This document shows, one piece after another, positions 62,701 through 64,000 of a DNA stretch of 64,000 bases (the stretch's first letter is position 1; each line of letters begins with the position of its first letter). The stretch is taken from the NCBI GenBank assembly GCA_030390025.1, contig CM059431.1, forward strand, positions 158,722,001-158,786,000, read 5' to 3'. A model generated the notes under the pieces. That model ran no database searches, was not told the DNA's origin, and worked only from the letters and a program-made list of their open reading frames with translations. The stretch is from Squalus acanthias. Taxonomy: Eukaryota. The translations under genes were made by a program, and so were the position numbers.

Positions 62701-62899
62701 AAAATGTCTGCCCTGTTTCGATCTTCAGCCATTGTGGTGACAGGCGTTCTCAGTCGCTGACGCACTGTAATAAATATAAAATTAACAGGAGGGTTAGATG
62801 GAAATATTAAAATGAGAAGGAGAACGTTTCCTTGTTAAAAAAATATATCAAGTCGCTGTTAGCTATGAGATCGAGCATTTCCCGAGTGTTACGATCAAC

Positions 62900-63625
62900 T
62901 CTCCACATCAGGTGTGACACCAGCAGTTGCCCAGTAAAATCCAGTGAGGCCCGCTGATCGTGTGTGTGCATGTTGGCTGGTGCTGCGGACCCGAACCGTT
63001 CACTTTTATTTACACGTTTTTCTCCACTTTCCCTTTTCTCTCTATCCCTCCCTGATCGCTCTCTTCTGTCATCATGCCTCCTTTCATCTCTTCTTCTGGC
63101 ATACACTGCTCTTCCAAATCCCAACACCAACGCTTCATTACTCTTCGAACTTCTTACTTTCCTGCTGACGTCCCAGGTTTGACTCCCTCTTAGATAAGTC
63201 TACACCTTCACTCTGTGTCTCTCTTGGCATCCTCCGAAATTCCCACCGTGGCAATCGTTGCTGCTTCCTCACGAGCAGCAATCCCAACTGTATTATCCTA
63301 CTCTTTCGTCAAGCTTCCCGCCTAGCCCATTCGCTGTGGTCTAATCTTGTCAATCTCCTTCCCGTCTAACTCAGCCCTCCCAGTGCTGAACCTTTGGACA
63401 CTGGCAATTCATTAGACATCACCGAACCTCTCCGCATCTACCTCCAGAATGTTGATTCTTGCCATCCATGAGCATATCGTGGATGATTGCATCGACATCA
63501 TGGCCCTGACGGAAACTTGGCTGAGGGGTGATGACACCTTACCCTTAAATGAAGCCTCCCCGCCGGGCTATACGTTCTTCCAATTGCACAACACAGACAG
63601 GCATGGCGGGAGTGCGGCTCTCATT
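62900..63625 (+). mobile_element. L2 5' part, truncated by the minisatellite
   Basis: IDIMALTETWL; colinear with 43260-43972. Confidence 0.8.
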
Positions 63626-64000
63626 AACACGCCCAAACAACCCCACTGACGCAAACCCAAACTAATACCCCACTGACCCAGCCAACACCTACACCCCACG
63701 GACCTAGCCCCGACATCCCCACTGACCCAGCCCCACACTGACACCCCACTGACCCTGCCCCGACACCCTCACTGACCTAGCCACGAAACCCTCACTGACC
63801 CAGCCCCGACACCCTCACTGACCTAGCCACGAAATCCTCACTGACCCAGCCCCGACACCTTCACTGACTTAGCCCCGAAAACATCACTCACCCAGCCCCG
63901 ACAACCTCATTGACCTAGCTTCGACACCCTCACTGACCTAGCCCAACCCCGACACCCCACTGACCCAGACCAACACCGACACCCTCACTGACCCAGCGCA
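63626..64000. repeat. C/A-rich minisatellite array 5 (runs off the window)
   Basis: 23-bp CACTGACCCAGCCCCGACACCCT units. Confidence 0.95.

Overview
Eukaryotic, almost entirely repeat-derived DNA. It is most likely from a cartilaginous fish, inferred from an HE1/V-SINE-type SINE and esterase-ORF1 CR1 LINEs. No intact host gene is visible. The window is a set of rearranged paralogous blocks: a C-rich 23/27-bp minisatellite, a ~200-bp non-TE block, an old CR1 and an L2. Several CR1 families, RTE LINEs, Penelope-like elements, a V-SINE, a solo LTR and a MITE have inserted into these blocks, often nested. The main finding is that all five readable CR1 ORF1/ORF2 junctions, from three families, end ORF1 with in-frame T_TTA_AAC_TAA, a canonical -1 ribosomal slippery heptamer. 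In three copies the -1 frame is exactly the endonuclease frame, and one family has no AUG before the endonuclease, suggesting programmed -1 frameshifting to an ORF1-ORF2 fusion. Also found: four hammerhead-ribozyme motifs in Penelope termini, tandem 5' monomer arrays on CR1s (45 bp x26 versus x2; 89 bp x2), a duplicated CR1 3' tail, and exon-like remnants of an unidentified gene. All calls were made by eye; many boundaries are approximate.
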